Shown in pieces: positions 26,274 to 39,020 of a DNA stretch of 64,000 nucleotides. Source of the DNA: Octopus sinensis (lineage: Eukaryota); assembly GCF_006345805.1 (NCBI RefSeq), contig NC_043004.1, positions 100,068,001 through 100,132,000 on the forward strand. Direction: 5' to 3'. A program made the position numbers and the translations under genes. Numbering within the stretch: the first letter of the stretch is position 1; each line of letters opens with the position of its first letter. The notes under the pieces were generated by a model. The model was not told where the DNA came from. It worked only from the letters and a program-made list of their open reading frames with translations, and did not search any database.

Positions 26274-26950
26274 CTAGACTACCCCTGACCCGTTGGGGTC
26301 ATTAACAATTCAAGGTACCGGAAAAACCGCGTATATCAGGAACCCGTTGCCCGATTTATGAGAAACTTTTATTTCGTTTGCATTCACATTTCAATGTTAT
26401 CATACATTCAGGGTATTTTCTCATTGTTCGCTGGTTTGGTTGTATTAAATTACAAACAACCACACGCACAAGCAAGCAAGCACGCGGCAGGCAATAATAA
26501 AGGTACCCGAAAAAACCGCGTATCTCTGGAACCTGTGGTCCGATTTATGAGAAACTTGTCTTATTCCGTTTGTATTCCCATTTCAGGGGCAACTTACTTC
26601 CAGAGAATTTTCCCATTATGCGCTGGTTTGGCTGTAATAAATTGCAGACAACCAAGCACACAAGCAAGCACGCAAACAAAACTATCCAGGTCTTCTCAGT
26701 AAAGGGCAATAACCTCAGGTTTCACTGCTTAAATTTGTGAAAGCAAACCCCAAAACACTGCGTATCTCAGGAATCCGTTGTCCGATTTACGCGAAACTTG
26801 TTTTATTCTATTTGCATTCACATTTCAAGGTTACATTACTTTCAGAGTATTTTCCCATTATGCGCAGGTTTTGCTGTATTACATTACAAACAAACATGCA
26901 AATAAGCAAGCACGCAACCAAACATTCACAGAGTTTTAATAGTATATAGA
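26274..26950 (-). mobile_element. Non-autonomous Helitron built from three ~188-bp internal units
   Basis: Minus strand 5' TCTATATACTATTAAAA and 3' GTAGTCTAG with an A|T target. Hairpin TGACCC/GGGTCA lies 8 nt from CTAG. Units start near 26312, 26500 and 26740. Confidence 0.8.
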
Positions 26951-27243
26951 TAGATATGGCGTTTTTCAACATGGCGAAGTTTCTAAAAAAAATAGAGTTA
27001 AATAGAAGAAATATTACAAGAAAGTGGTGAATCTTTGCCCTACCTCTGATTTTTGACAGAAGGTGGAGAGAAATTAGATTTTTATGATTTAAGAAACAAA
27101 GGCGGGAAATGGCCAAATATGAAGCAGCGAAATCATTTTCCAGTAAAATGCGTTTGTTAAAATGCAAGAGGTGATATAGTTAAAAAGAAGTCAATGTATT
27201 ATTCATCAACTCTAAAACTAATAGCATTAACCACCTTTCCTAT

Positions 27244-27676
27244 AGGCGCAGGAGTGGCTGTGTGGTAAGTGACTTTCTAACAAACCACATGGTTCCGGGT
27301 TCAGTCCCACTGCGTTGCACCTTGGGCTATAGTCTTCTGCTCTAGCCCCGGGCCGACCAATGGCTTGTGAGTGGATTTGGTAGACGGAAACTGAAAGAAG
27401 CATGCTGTATATATGTATATATATGTATATATATGTATGTATGTGTATATGTTTGTGTGTCTGTGTTTGTCCCCCTAGCATTGCTTGACAACCGATGCTA
27501 GTGTGTTTACGTCCCCGTTACTTAGCGGTTCGGCAAAAGAGACCGATAGAATAAGTACTGGGCTTACAAGGAATAAGTCCCGGGGTTGATTTGCTCAACT
27601 AAAGACGGGGCTCCAGCATGGCCGCAGTCAAATGACTGAAACAAGTAAAAGAGTAAAAGAGTAAAGAGTAAAGAGA
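27244..27676 (+). mobile_element. SINE-A, full length
   Basis: Head, central TA/TG tract and tail are all present. Confidence 0.9.
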
Positions 27677-28411
27677 GTTTCCTCTCTTGTGCGTAGTTGT
27701 CAATATGATACTGAAGGCATTAAAACAGATGTTTCCTACGAGAATCGATGTACGTGTAACGTGTCCTGCATATAACAGCTGCATAAATGTCATGCATTTT
27801 CTAAAGGGTTTTTGACATGCTATCAATTTTTGTTGACTAATCTTATGTCGATGTGTTTATGTTTGTTTTTGACTTAATTACTGGTACCCTGCTTCTGTTT
27901 TTCAATCATTGAATATCCGACAATGTGAAACTCAGACTGACGATTCAAGAAGCTTTAACTATTAAATTATTTAAGATTTCTTTTCTTTATTGAGTAAACT
28001 TCAGTTCCGCAGTAAATACACCTATTCATTCAATCCCTATGTACGTGTGTCTCTGAGACTTCAAATTTGTGTTAATCTAATCTTTATGGTCTAAAGCAAC
28101 CTCGGCAAATACTTGTGGCCCGGAATATCAATAAAATCTTTATTAGAAAAGCAGTTAACAATGGGTCAGTGAGGCAGTCGTTGTAAATAAATACTCATCT
28201 ACAAAGTGATAGTTCATTAACTGAAACAAAATTTAAAGTAAAAATACTAAATAGTAGTTTCTTCAGTATTTTAATAGCCCGGAAATCATTACATTTAACC
28301 TTCTATAATACACCATCTAAAAGATATTAATTGCTAATAAACTTGAAAATCTGAAGGCTAAGATTAGTGAGAGAATATTGTTAGAGGTATAGTTCCAAAG
28401 TGTTGTTGAAA

Positions 28412-28762
28412 GGTGGTAAGTAGCTTGCTAACCAACCACATGGTTCCGGGTTCAGTCCCACTGCGTGGCATCTTGGGCAAGTGTCTTCTGCTATAGCCCC
28501 GGGCCGTATATATGTCGTATATATGTATATATATATATATATGTATGTGTCTGTGTTTGTGTGTCTGTGTTTGTCCCCCTAGCATTGCTTGACAACCGAT
28601 GCTGGTGTGTTTACGTCCCCGTCACTTAGCGGTTCGGCAAAAGAGACCGATAGAATAAGTACTGGGCTTACAAAGAATAAGTCCCGGGGTCGATTTGCTC
28701 GACTAAAGGCGTTGCTCCAGCATGGCCGCAGTCAAATCACTGAAACAAGTAAAAGAGTAAAA
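28412..28762 (+). mobile_element. SINE-A with short 5' truncation and internal deletion
   Basis: Lacks the ACCAAAGCC...GAAGC segment before the TA tract. Confidence 0.9.
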
Positions 28763-28994
28763 AAAGAGAGAGAGAGTATAGGGTTTAGTGTTGAGTATGA
28801 ATAACAATGAAGAAGGGAGAGATGTGAATGCATTGCGTGAGCTTAGGTATTTGTCATATGCCACTTAACTTTTAAAAACAGGGCGTCTGTAGGAATAGTC
28901 TCAGTAATAACAGAAACAATGCATTAGACGTAATGTTTTTAATGTATTGGTGTTAGTGTTTCTGTACACTAACTAATCGCTTTTGTTTGTGACA

Positions 28995-29385
28995 TCTTTA
29001 AATATAAAAGTGAAGTTGTGTGTTTGTCTCCTACGATTTAGATTCCTAACTATTCCCACATTTTGCGGTGCAGTGTAACCAAAACCGGGTATCTTATAAT
29101 CGTGATTCATATCGAGCCCTTCTGGGTATTAGCGCGCGTCTACGATGAGTCTACGATTTAAAAAAAAATTTACCATCAATTTTCCCATTTTTAATGCATT
29201 TTTGGCATATATAAGGGAGGTAACTCTCTAAAAATTTATTATTAAATCTCAGAACGTAAAAAGCTACAGTAACACCCCCCTTTGTGGTTAGCCATATTGA
29301 GATGGCTATTATACTTTACATCTCTAAAAATGTTTATATAGTTATTTCCCTTACAAACCCGAGCAACGCCGAGCGATACTGCTAA
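28995..29385 (+). mobile_element. Non-autonomous Helitron (391 bp)
   Basis: A|TCTTTAAATATAAAAGTG...GCGATACTGCTAA|T; 5' and 3' parts match the copy at 41453-41852. Confidence 0.85.
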
Positions 29386-29935
29386 TTTACTATAATTTTG
29401 TAGACGCATAACATCACTTTTTTCTCAGATGTTTTATCTCTACTTAGGCATCCTGAAAGGTGAGTTCACGTCACGGCACTCTTTCTTCCAAGAACTGAAT
29501 ACAGTATTAAGGAGCATTATTCCAAACAGGTCGCTGATATGCTTTGACCAGATAGCGTCTGCAATTAATTAAGGATTAACTATTTTAGCTCAACTTTGCG
29601 TTGCAGTTCTATCAGTGTTTGTGTACTCCATGAAAAGTGATCGTTTTAGATTTTGTTGCATTTCGCTTTGAATCCTTAGGTATTAGGTTATTAATGAGTT
29701 GAAACATTGTTTCTTTAAGGTTGTGATTTAGTAATACAATGGACACATGCCTACTAGGCCTGCAATATTTACGAAGTGAAGAAGGCATGTTCTTCTGTCA
29801 AATATTATTGCAGATATTTACTATAATAGCAAATATGTACACTATTTTTTTAAATTTCAATGATCAAGAGAAAAAGAAATTAATGAATATTTATATTCTC
29901 TTTTTAAGACTGAGCAGTTTGTGAACACTTGAATA

Positions 29936-30198
29936 GGAGCACTCCGTCGGTTGCGACGATGAGGGTCCCAGCTGATACGATCAACGGAACAGCTTGCTCG
30001 TGATATTAACGTGCAAGTGGCTGAGCACTCCACAGACACGTGTACCCTTAACGTAGTTCTCGAGGAGATTCAGCGTGACACACAGAATGTGACAAGGCTG
30101 GCCCTTTGAAATACAGGTACAAGAGAAACAGGAAGAAAGAGTGAGAGAAAGTTGTGGTAAAAGAGTACAGCAGGGTTCACCACCACCCCCTGCCGGAG
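29936..30198 (-). mobile_element. SINE-D, 5'-truncated
   Basis: Matches the 3' two-thirds of 49027-49402. Confidence 0.85.
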
Positions 30199-31349
30199 AA
30201 CACTTGGATAGCCATTAGTAAATTATCTCAATCAACAGGCTTCAGGAGTTGATGAGTGTTTAAAGAAATAAAGACTTATAAAGTGAAATAGATAAAACGA
30301 GAAAATGGAAGATGGTTGGTAATAATGTTAATTTAATACAATTATTGATGAGGTCTATGTACTACTGACGGCATCGATCGCGCCTACGTCCACGTGTACG
30401 TGGGCTACACCGCGAGGTTCTCTTCAGCCTTACTACAGCCTCACGGTAGCGGGCCGGAGCTGCGGGCGAAGTGGCAAATTTACAATCCGATGAGTCTTGA
30501 ACACTTGACTTTAAAATAAGCAATATGTCAATTTGTGGTATTAACTCTAAAAAAAAAACAAAAAAAAACAGGAGTATTTGTTTCAATTAAATGCAGCCCA
30601 CTAGTTAAGTATTACATATTTTATCGAGCCCTCAATGATGTAAAGAAATGTTTACCCTATGAGAATCAGAAGAAAAGGGGAATACAAACACAAATGTAAT
30701 TAAAAGCGGCAATGCATTTTGTTCAACGCATTAGTAATTCTACTCCCACCCAACCTCCCAACCAATCTCCTGCTACCGGGAATATTAATGCATATGAGAA
30801 ATATTAATATTCTATGAGAATCGGCCGTCAAGAAGACATAGCAATGCATTTCGTTTAGTTTAAATTGGTTAACCAAACACACGTATAAATTATAGCTTTA
30901 TATGCAACACATGTATTGTCTTCAATATAATGAAATGCTGGTATTGCCTTCTCTATGATGATTGCCAGCTAGTTCATATCATGGTAACATAAGGGAACTA
31001 ATGTAGCAGAATATGTTCTAAATGGATCGAAAAGAATCCTATACAAATTGTCTATCAACGAAAATTACTTCTTGTATCACAACTGGAAACAATCCAAGGA
31101 ATGATGGGCTGAATCGATGAAATATATTAAAAGTTACATTGAGAGTCGCAAGTACTGATACATCAAATCACAGGATTTTCACATGTGGGAGTTTTCAACA
31201 CAAATAGGCATTGTTCCTGTGAGTGTGAGCGTTTCTGTGTATGTATATCTGCGTGTGTGCTTCTGTGTGTCTGTGTGTGTGTATGAATGTGAGTGTATAT
31301 GAGTTTGTGCTTTTGTTTGTGTGTGAATGTGAGTGTAAATGTGTTTATG

Positions 31350-31402
<53 letters not shown>

Positions 31403-32034
31403 GGAAGCAGTCATGACTGTATGATAAAGAAGTTTCCTTGACAATCATAAAGTCCCAGGTTGGATCTTACTGAATGGTATATTCTCGAAGATGTTGTAAA
31501 TCTTGTAAGTGGAATTAAGGCGGTAAATGCAGGATTCTGTCGTATTGATCGCATCCATTATATAGAGATTCACTTTCATTACACTGTGTCACACTGATTC
31601 AGTTTGAGAATGAAATCAAAAATATAACAACCTGTGGAATACTCAACCATCTGTTCACTTATTCAATGAGCAGATCGTTAATAACATGTATGTGAGAGAG
31701 AAAGAGAGAAGAGAGAAGAGAGAAGGAGAGACAAACGGACAGACAGACTGACTGACAAACAGTCAGATAGACAGACAGAGATGTTTCTGAATTGAAATTC
31801 TGGTAAGACAATAATATCTGATTTCGTACTACGACTCAAACAATCTGACAATGTTAAGCATTGAAATACGATATCGTAAAACGCACAAGTACAAGATTAT
31901 GTTCATACCGACTTCGTTGTCTCTAACGAGAGATAGGGGGGTTAGGTGAATAGGAAAAAACGCAAATGTGTTTATGTGTCTTCACTCAACAATGCGCCTA
32001 AACTACTGGCCTGCACGTGAATTAACTTCTCTGC

Positions 32035-32507
32035 TTATTCTGTTGGTACTGCAACACATATTCTGGAATATTCATTTGTATCCCATTTCATACCGAAGAT
32101 GAATGTCTGTGTCTTCTCATCTCCCTGCTTTTCTGTGTCACCTGATCAAACATTGTTCCTCCACGTATAGAGAAGATGAATTGATGACGATCGTGTTGCT
32201 TACATCACCCTAGAACAGTATACGGATTGAACATCTAGTTTAGCCCCTTTTTTTATTTCTCTGTGTTCTATTCGTTTCCAGAAAAACCTTGAGATTCTTT
32301 AACATCTATAGTCACAGTGATGCCAAATAAATTGGTGTACATCCGTGACATAAAGTTTGACACAAAGGACATCATATCAGAAACATACATTGATCGATTC
32401 CTTGTGAAAGAATACGAACATCTACTTGCATATTCTCAATCCAGTCTCGAATGAATGGGTAGATGTAGGGTGTACACCCAAGTATATTCTCTTTCAGTTT
32501 CTCATAC
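32035..32507 (-). pseudogene. Candidate Cys-loop receptor / AChBP-like N-terminal coding fragment (two segments, 32507-32389 and 32141-32035)
   Basis: Segment A is bounded by AG and GTATGT and reads YEKLKENILGCTPYIYPFIRDWIENMQVDVRILSQGIDQ. Phase-compatible segment B reads (C)DTEKQGDEKTQTFIFGMKWDTNEYSRICVAVPTE*. Motif spacing resembles AChBP/5-HT3/nAChR by eye only. Confidence 0.35.
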
Positions 32508-32827
32508 CTGTTTTCACACAAGAAAGTAAATCGATTGAAAAAATGTCATGTTTATCTCAACTCACTTCTAACATCGTTTAAGTATTTCAGATGAGACTGA
32601 GTGCAAAATTTAAACGGAGAGCAAAAAAATCTACATCTCAAACAGCATGGTTGCTCATGTGGCTTTCCGTCCTGTAAATCCACTCACATGAAATTGGGTG
32701 TATCGGGGATATTGTTGGAAAAAATTTAGTCAAAGTGCCTTGCAGTGAGACGGAACTCGAAACAGCATAATTGCGATCTGAATTTTTTAAGCATACAACC
32801 ATGCATGCGCACCTCTTTAAATTTATT

Positions 32828-32831
<4 letters not shown>

Positions 32832-32915
<84 letters not shown>
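32832..32915. repeat. (CT)n microsatellite
   Basis: Direct reading. Confidence 0.95.
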
Positions 32916-32917
<2 letters not shown>

Positions 32918-33548
32918 GCTAAAAACACACATATCATCCGAATTTTATACTCTTAAATATCCATCACGGCTGATCTTACCAATCGGTTTCGCGCAAAGAA
33001 TACAATGGAGTGTTGGGTAACAATCCGATTATATAACTTTATGCTCATCAGAGTTAGCCGATATGGAAGGGAATATGGTGACAGCTCTCTATTGTCGAAG
33101 GATATTAGCACAACCGGTCAGCGGTTGCTGTGAAAGAAGTGGTGAAAGGAAAAAGAGGTCTGGGGGATTGGGTTAAGAGTTATGTCCCTTGGTTGGGTAT
33201 GTTGTAAACCTGGCAAGAGTTATCTTGAAGTAGAGAAGGTGTGTATTATTAATGTGGTGTCCCTGCGGAGATGGGGTGTATGGTATGGGGTGTGTGGTAT
33301 ATGTATCAGTGTCATGTGTACAATTTTTTCCGGGGATGTAGGTGTATATAGTTGTGTTCATTGGTCTGTTTTCATTCTGTAAAGAATAATGTCGTGGGGT
33401 GATTATATTAGCGTGCGGTGTGTAATGTGTAATGTATGTGTGAGGGGGTTTGTGTATATATGGGAACATAAATTGTGTGAAGTGGTATGTGTTGGAAATG
33501 GTGGGGATAGTTATTTGCGGGGTGTCCGTCTTATAGTGGTGTGCGTGT

Positions 33549-34910
33549 GGGTACCTTAGGACCAGACTGTCGACTTTTAGGCATTATCGAAAAATTAATT
33601 TTTCCACGCACTAAACGATGGTCAGTCCACCTCTCAGATCCTCTCATGGTTCGAAATCTAGAAACGTCTTTCATATCACGTTTTCTGATCAAAATATAAT
33701 CTATAAGATGCCAGTACTTAGATCTTGGATTTCATCCAGGTGGTTTTATATTTATTTTTTCTGCTTAAACTGAGTGTTGTTAACAACCAGATTATTCTCA
33801 GTACAAAAGGTCAAAAGAGCTACTCCATTTTTATTACATTTTCCAATCTCATGTTGACCTAAAACAGACCATGAAATGTAATCCTTTCCAACTCTTGCGC
33901 TAAAATCTCCTAATATGACCAGCTTGTCAGAAATTGGTACTCTCTCGAATAATTGTGCTAGATCATCATAAAACAGTCCAACAGTTTCATCAGAACGGGA
34001 CATTGTTGGTGCATAAATACTGACAACGGTAAGAAACATGGTTCGTTCAGATATACCACTTGGAAGCTCTGAAATGGAGGATACTAATGAATTATTTAGT
34101 GCAAACCCAACATCAGATTCTCTACGCTGACCATTAGCTAGGCCTCTCCAAAAGCTAGTATATGATTTTGATGATTTTGATTTTTGATTTTTCCAGTTTC
34201 AGCTAATGAGCTGTGGCCATGCTGGGGCACCGCTATTTGGTTTGCTACACGATTTTACCTCACGGATGCTTTTTAGCAAACGCCATCTGATGCATGAGAG
34301 AGTTCGATGCAGCTGCCCTCATCTGCACCTCCTGCCGGGAAGTTGGTTCATCCGGGACACCTGACAGGAAGCGATCCAGTCCTACTTTAAAGACATCCGC
34401 ATCTACACCATGCAGGTCCCTTAGGTTCTTCGGGAGGATATTGAAGAGCTGTGGGCCTCTGAAGCCCAGGCTATCACAATATCTTGTCCTACATCTTGAT
34501 GGCAAATTTGGAGTCCTTGGTACTACGCAGTGGCGCCCGGTTCATGTAGGTTCATTTACTTGACCCTTACCAGAAAGACGAGTTTCAGAGAGCGCAACTA
34601 TATCAAGGGAATATTTCTTAAGCTCACATGCAAATAGTGCAGTACTGCCTTTCTGGTCTCTTGTTGAAATTTTCAAGACGTGTGCGCACATTCCAACAGC
34701 TAAAATTCAAAGGATGTTTATTTTGACTTTTTCTTGAAGATTGTTTGACGGCCGAGCCCACCTTGAGATACACTGGAATACCTACCAAGCCGCACCTGTT
34801 CCCCTGACGTTCCCAAGTCTTTTTTTGCCATTAGCTGAATCTGTATGAGGCATTTTCAATGATTTTACTAAGATTTGGTGCACAGGAAGTACCTGTGCAG
34901 ATGAATAATA
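33549..34910 (-). pseudogene. RTE (BovB-like) LINE 5' part with full APE endonuclease domain, split by a CR1-like insert at 34163-34548
   Basis: Translations in order: LNFSCWNVRT..RPER / ELKKYSLDIVALSETRLSGKGQVNE | YTSFWRG..ESDVGFAL..SIYAPT..LVILGDFSARVG..NTQFKQ / KYKTTWM NPRSKYWHLIDYIL..WTDHRLV. Frameshifted. Confidence 0.9.
34163..34548 (-). mobile_element. CR1-like LINE 3' fragment
   Basis: ORF end RYCDSLGFRGPQLFNILPKNLRDLHGVDADVFKVGLDRFLSGVPDEP, then a 3' UTR and a (TCAAAA)-type repeat tail. Confidence 0.8.
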
Positions 34911-34911
34911 T

Positions 34912-34969
<58 letters not shown>

Positions 34970-35238
34970 ACGCACATGTTCACACACACACACACAAGCA
35001 TGCAGAGTGCCGTGTCAGAATAGCACAGCAGTGAACCCGATAACCTCTCCCGATAAGATGTGAGAATTTCCAATAAACGAATCTAATAAATTTGTAAACA
35101 TTCCACATTATATTGTTTTGCAGGATACAATAAAAGTATATGTATGTGGTGTATGTGGAGGGGGCGCGTTTGCAAATACGTATGCCTGTATGTATTGTAT
35201 GTGGATATATATATATATATATACGTTTATATATTATA

Positions 35239-35276
<38 letters not shown>

Positions 35277-35396
35277 TATATATAATTATAATAAATAATG
35301 TATTTTATATATATATATATATATATATACATGCATATATGGGTACAGGACGTCACCAATATTATATGTATACGTACATATATACATATATGAATA

Positions 35397-35435
<39 letters not shown>

Positions 35436-35763
35436 CACACATATATAAACACATACATATGTGCGTATGTGCCTGTGTGTATGTAAATTTGTAGAATTTT
35501 ATTTACATACATTTACGTAGTCATATTTTAACACGCAAAACAGAATTAACATACAGTATGCAGTAAAAAATATATATATCTTAAAACGTTAATAGAAGTG
35601 AATAAGTGAACCTGTAGTTCCTTATCTGCATAAGCACCAGCATTATTAATGAACTTTAATTGATAAACTACTATTATTATTTGATGGGTTTCGAGAAGGT
35701 TTTGTTTTTTAGATGTTTGTATTTCCCTAGTGGATATATATATATTATATATTATATATATAT

Positions 35764-35798
<35 letters not shown>

Positions 35799-35977
35799 TA
35801 TACATTGTGTTGCTACCTTCGATTTATGTTATTTTTCATGTTGTTTTCTTGTTCTTTCTTTTGTTTTTATTTCATTTTTCATTCCGGCTTGTTATTGTTT
35901 ACATTGCTTGAATTATTGCGAAAGAAGATATCCAAGAGGACAAACGAAAATATTCTCTCTACTAAGACGAAGACTGT

Positions 35978-36230
35978 GGAGGCGCTTGGGTTAGTGGTTA
36001 GGATGTCAGCACCATGATCGTAAGATTGTGGTTTCGATTCCTGGACCGGGCGACGTGTTGTGTTCTTGAGCAAAACACTTCATTTCACGTTGCTGCCAAT
36101 CCACTCAGCTGGCAAAAATGAGTAACGCTGCAATGGACTGGCGTCCCGTCCAGCTGGGGGGAACACATACGCCACAGAAACCGAGAAACCGAGCCTATGA
36201 GCCTGGATAGGCTTTAAAAGGGCGCATTTA
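35978..36230 (+). mobile_element. SINE-B, full length
   Basis: Same head, body and tail as 8647-8893. Confidence 0.85.
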
Positions 36231-36454
36231 TTGATTTTAAGACGAAGGCAGATTAGCGACATTAGATTAAAGTTGGTTCGAAGATTTGTGACGGTGAGCG
36301 GTTAATGAGTTTGTGATATCTTTGTGTGAATTATAGCTTCAGGTTTGTAGTGATGATGCTGTAACTAATGGTCCTATTGCGACTGCTAGGAGATTCGTTC
36401 GCCAGACGGTGGTTATGTTGGATCACAAACTTCATGATTTTAATAACGACAGAG

Positions 36455-36790
36455 ATCTAGCAGAAATGTTAACACACGGTATTTCGTCTGCTGCTACGTT
36501 CTGAGTTCAAATTCCGCTGAGGTCGACTTTGCCATTCATCCTTTCGGGGTCTATAAAATAAGTACCAGTTACGCGCTGGGGTCGATATAATCAACTTAAT
36601 CCGTTTGTCTGTCCTTGTTTGTCCTCCCCGTTTAGCCCCTTGTGGGTAGTAAACAAATTTGCCTTTCATCCTTTCGTGGTCGATTAAGTAAGTACCTGTT
36701 AATCAATGGGGTCGATGTAATCGACTTAATCCCCTTTTCTTTCCTCTTTTATCTACTCTGTGATTATCCCCCAGTGGGCAATAAAGAAAT
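36455..36790 (+). mobile_element. SINE-C with partial tandem duplication of its 3' half
   Basis: The TTTGCC(A/T)TTCATCCTTTCG...GGGGTCGAT segment occurs twice (about 36528 and 36658). Confidence 0.8.
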
Positions 36791-37984
36791 GAAATAAATT
36801 GTAATGTCACTAATAATCAGGTAAGTGATCTCATCACAGGCTGATGAGGCCTGTTGGTAGTACTGTGTGAACTAGTATTATCTGTCATATGTTCGAGTAG
36901 TCGGCGATTAAACGATCTCCCCTAGATGTGTAGTTTGCCACTCTTTTCAGAAGGGACAACGTGTGGGACAGAAAAGAAGACATGTCGAAGGACAGATGAG
37001 CTTTTTGAGAACCCACAGCATACACCCGGGGGAAACAATGATACACGACCCAAATATCTCTGCTAAGAAATCACTATGAGAAAGTTAGAAGGAAGTAACG
37101 TTATGGCTTCATCCAATAGGAGAACTCACACTAAATCGAGAAATCAATCCTTCTAATGTTATTAATGTGCAGCAAAAAGAAAAAGACATTCATCATTGTT
37201 GTAGTCTTGCCCCTAAACCAATAACAATGAGATTATGGTCACTGGCAGTGTATACCTGTTACATATCTTATAACAAAGACCCTACATAGTAAATCGAACT
37301 CAGAGAAATAGTAGCTACCGCCCTCTCCAATCTCAGGCCATTGTCTGCAAACAAGAAGCCGCTAAAAAAACGAATCATAGATATTCGGACAGCATAGTTA
37401 TGGATGGAACTAATTTGTTGCAATTTTAGCTCTGTTCAGTCTGAATTATGAGCTTTAAAACATCAAAGGCGATAAAGTAACTGACCAAGCGACCTGAATG
37501 GGATTTGAACTCACGAAGGTAGTTCAAAAATATAACACAAATTGGTACGTTGGACTCTCTACAGAGTTACCGATTCTACGAGTGCATTGCTACAGATTTG
37601 ATTAATCGGAATATGATATCTTGTGATTAGGAAAACCTCACAAACAGCTACAATACCTTCAACATAGTATCTTCTCATCTCCTGTGAAATCAGATCGTGT
37701 GTTTGAGTATGTTTTCGCACACTTAGGTTTCTTACATTTATATGTATAAACCGATATGAATATAAGTGTGAAAGCACAAATCTGTACAAATATATATATA
37801 TCTGTGTGTGTGTGTGTGTGTATAAGTGCTTGCTTCTGCCTCAGTGTGTGCGTGTGCCTATGTGTATGTGTATGTGTGACTAAGTGTATGCGTTGCTATT
37901 GTTTGTGGTGTGACTGAGCGAGAAACTTGTATGACGTACTGGTAGGTTGTTAAACATACATATATAGATAAACACGCCTAGTTG

Positions 37985-37987
37985 TTG

Positions 37988-38054
<67 letters not shown>

Positions 38055-38169
38055 CGTGTATGTGTGTGTCTATATATTCATATATGCTTAACTGTATGCT
38101 TATACAAGGGCGCAGGCACACGCTCACACACACATGTATATATGCATATATACATATGTATATGTATAC

Positions 38170-38217
<48 letters not shown>

Positions 38218-38271
38218 TGTATGTATGTATATATGTATGCAGTATGCATGTATATGTATATATTATATATG

Positions 38272-38367
<96 letters not shown>

Positions 38368-38672
38368 TATATAATAGATATAACTCACACACATACGTGT
38401 GAGCAAGTACATATATTTTCACATCCATTTATATTTAGATGTCTATAGATATATTTGTATGTGGATATATATGTATGTATAATATATTATGTACGTACAT
38501 ATACCTTTACATCCATTTATACTTAGATGCATACATAGGTACAAACATGCAAACATGCACGCATTCACTCCTTTCTTCTGTATACGTAAATACGTGCATA
38601 CATACTTCCATATTTATATATATATGCATGTATGTATATGTATATATATACTTATGTATATATACATATATT

Positions 38673-38721
<49 letters not shown>

Positions 38722-38940
38722 ATCCCCCTTTTAGTAGAAGGAATAGCTATATCTCTTTGACTGCTATTTCTAAATTCGGTGTGTTGGTGAGGCAATTCGT
38801 TGCTAAACCCTTAATTACTTAGTATTACTTAAATTTTCCTCGAATGGGGCTTTTACATGCCGAAATCTACTTGGTGTAATTGATAGTTATTCCAAATTAA
38901 TTAATTTCACCCTTTATTGTTACTGATAACTATATATATA

Positions 38941-38971
<31 letters not shown>

Positions 38972-38975
38972 TATA

Positions 38976-39020
<45 letters not shown>

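Noticed and set aside
26312-26930. CRISPR-like or satellite array
   Set aside because: Long diverged units with no unique spacers, enclosed by Helitron termini, in a eukaryotic context.
33100-33540. Penelope RT remnant on the minus strand (HINNTH.L.FKIT-like)
   Set aside because: Only a faint resemblance; no YIDD or GxxMG motif recoverable, so it is not listed as a feature.
36835-36875. Hammerhead at CTGATGAGGCC
   Set aside because: No GAAA at a suitable distance and no stem I/III partner; the flanks simply pair with each other (ACAGGC/GCCTGT).
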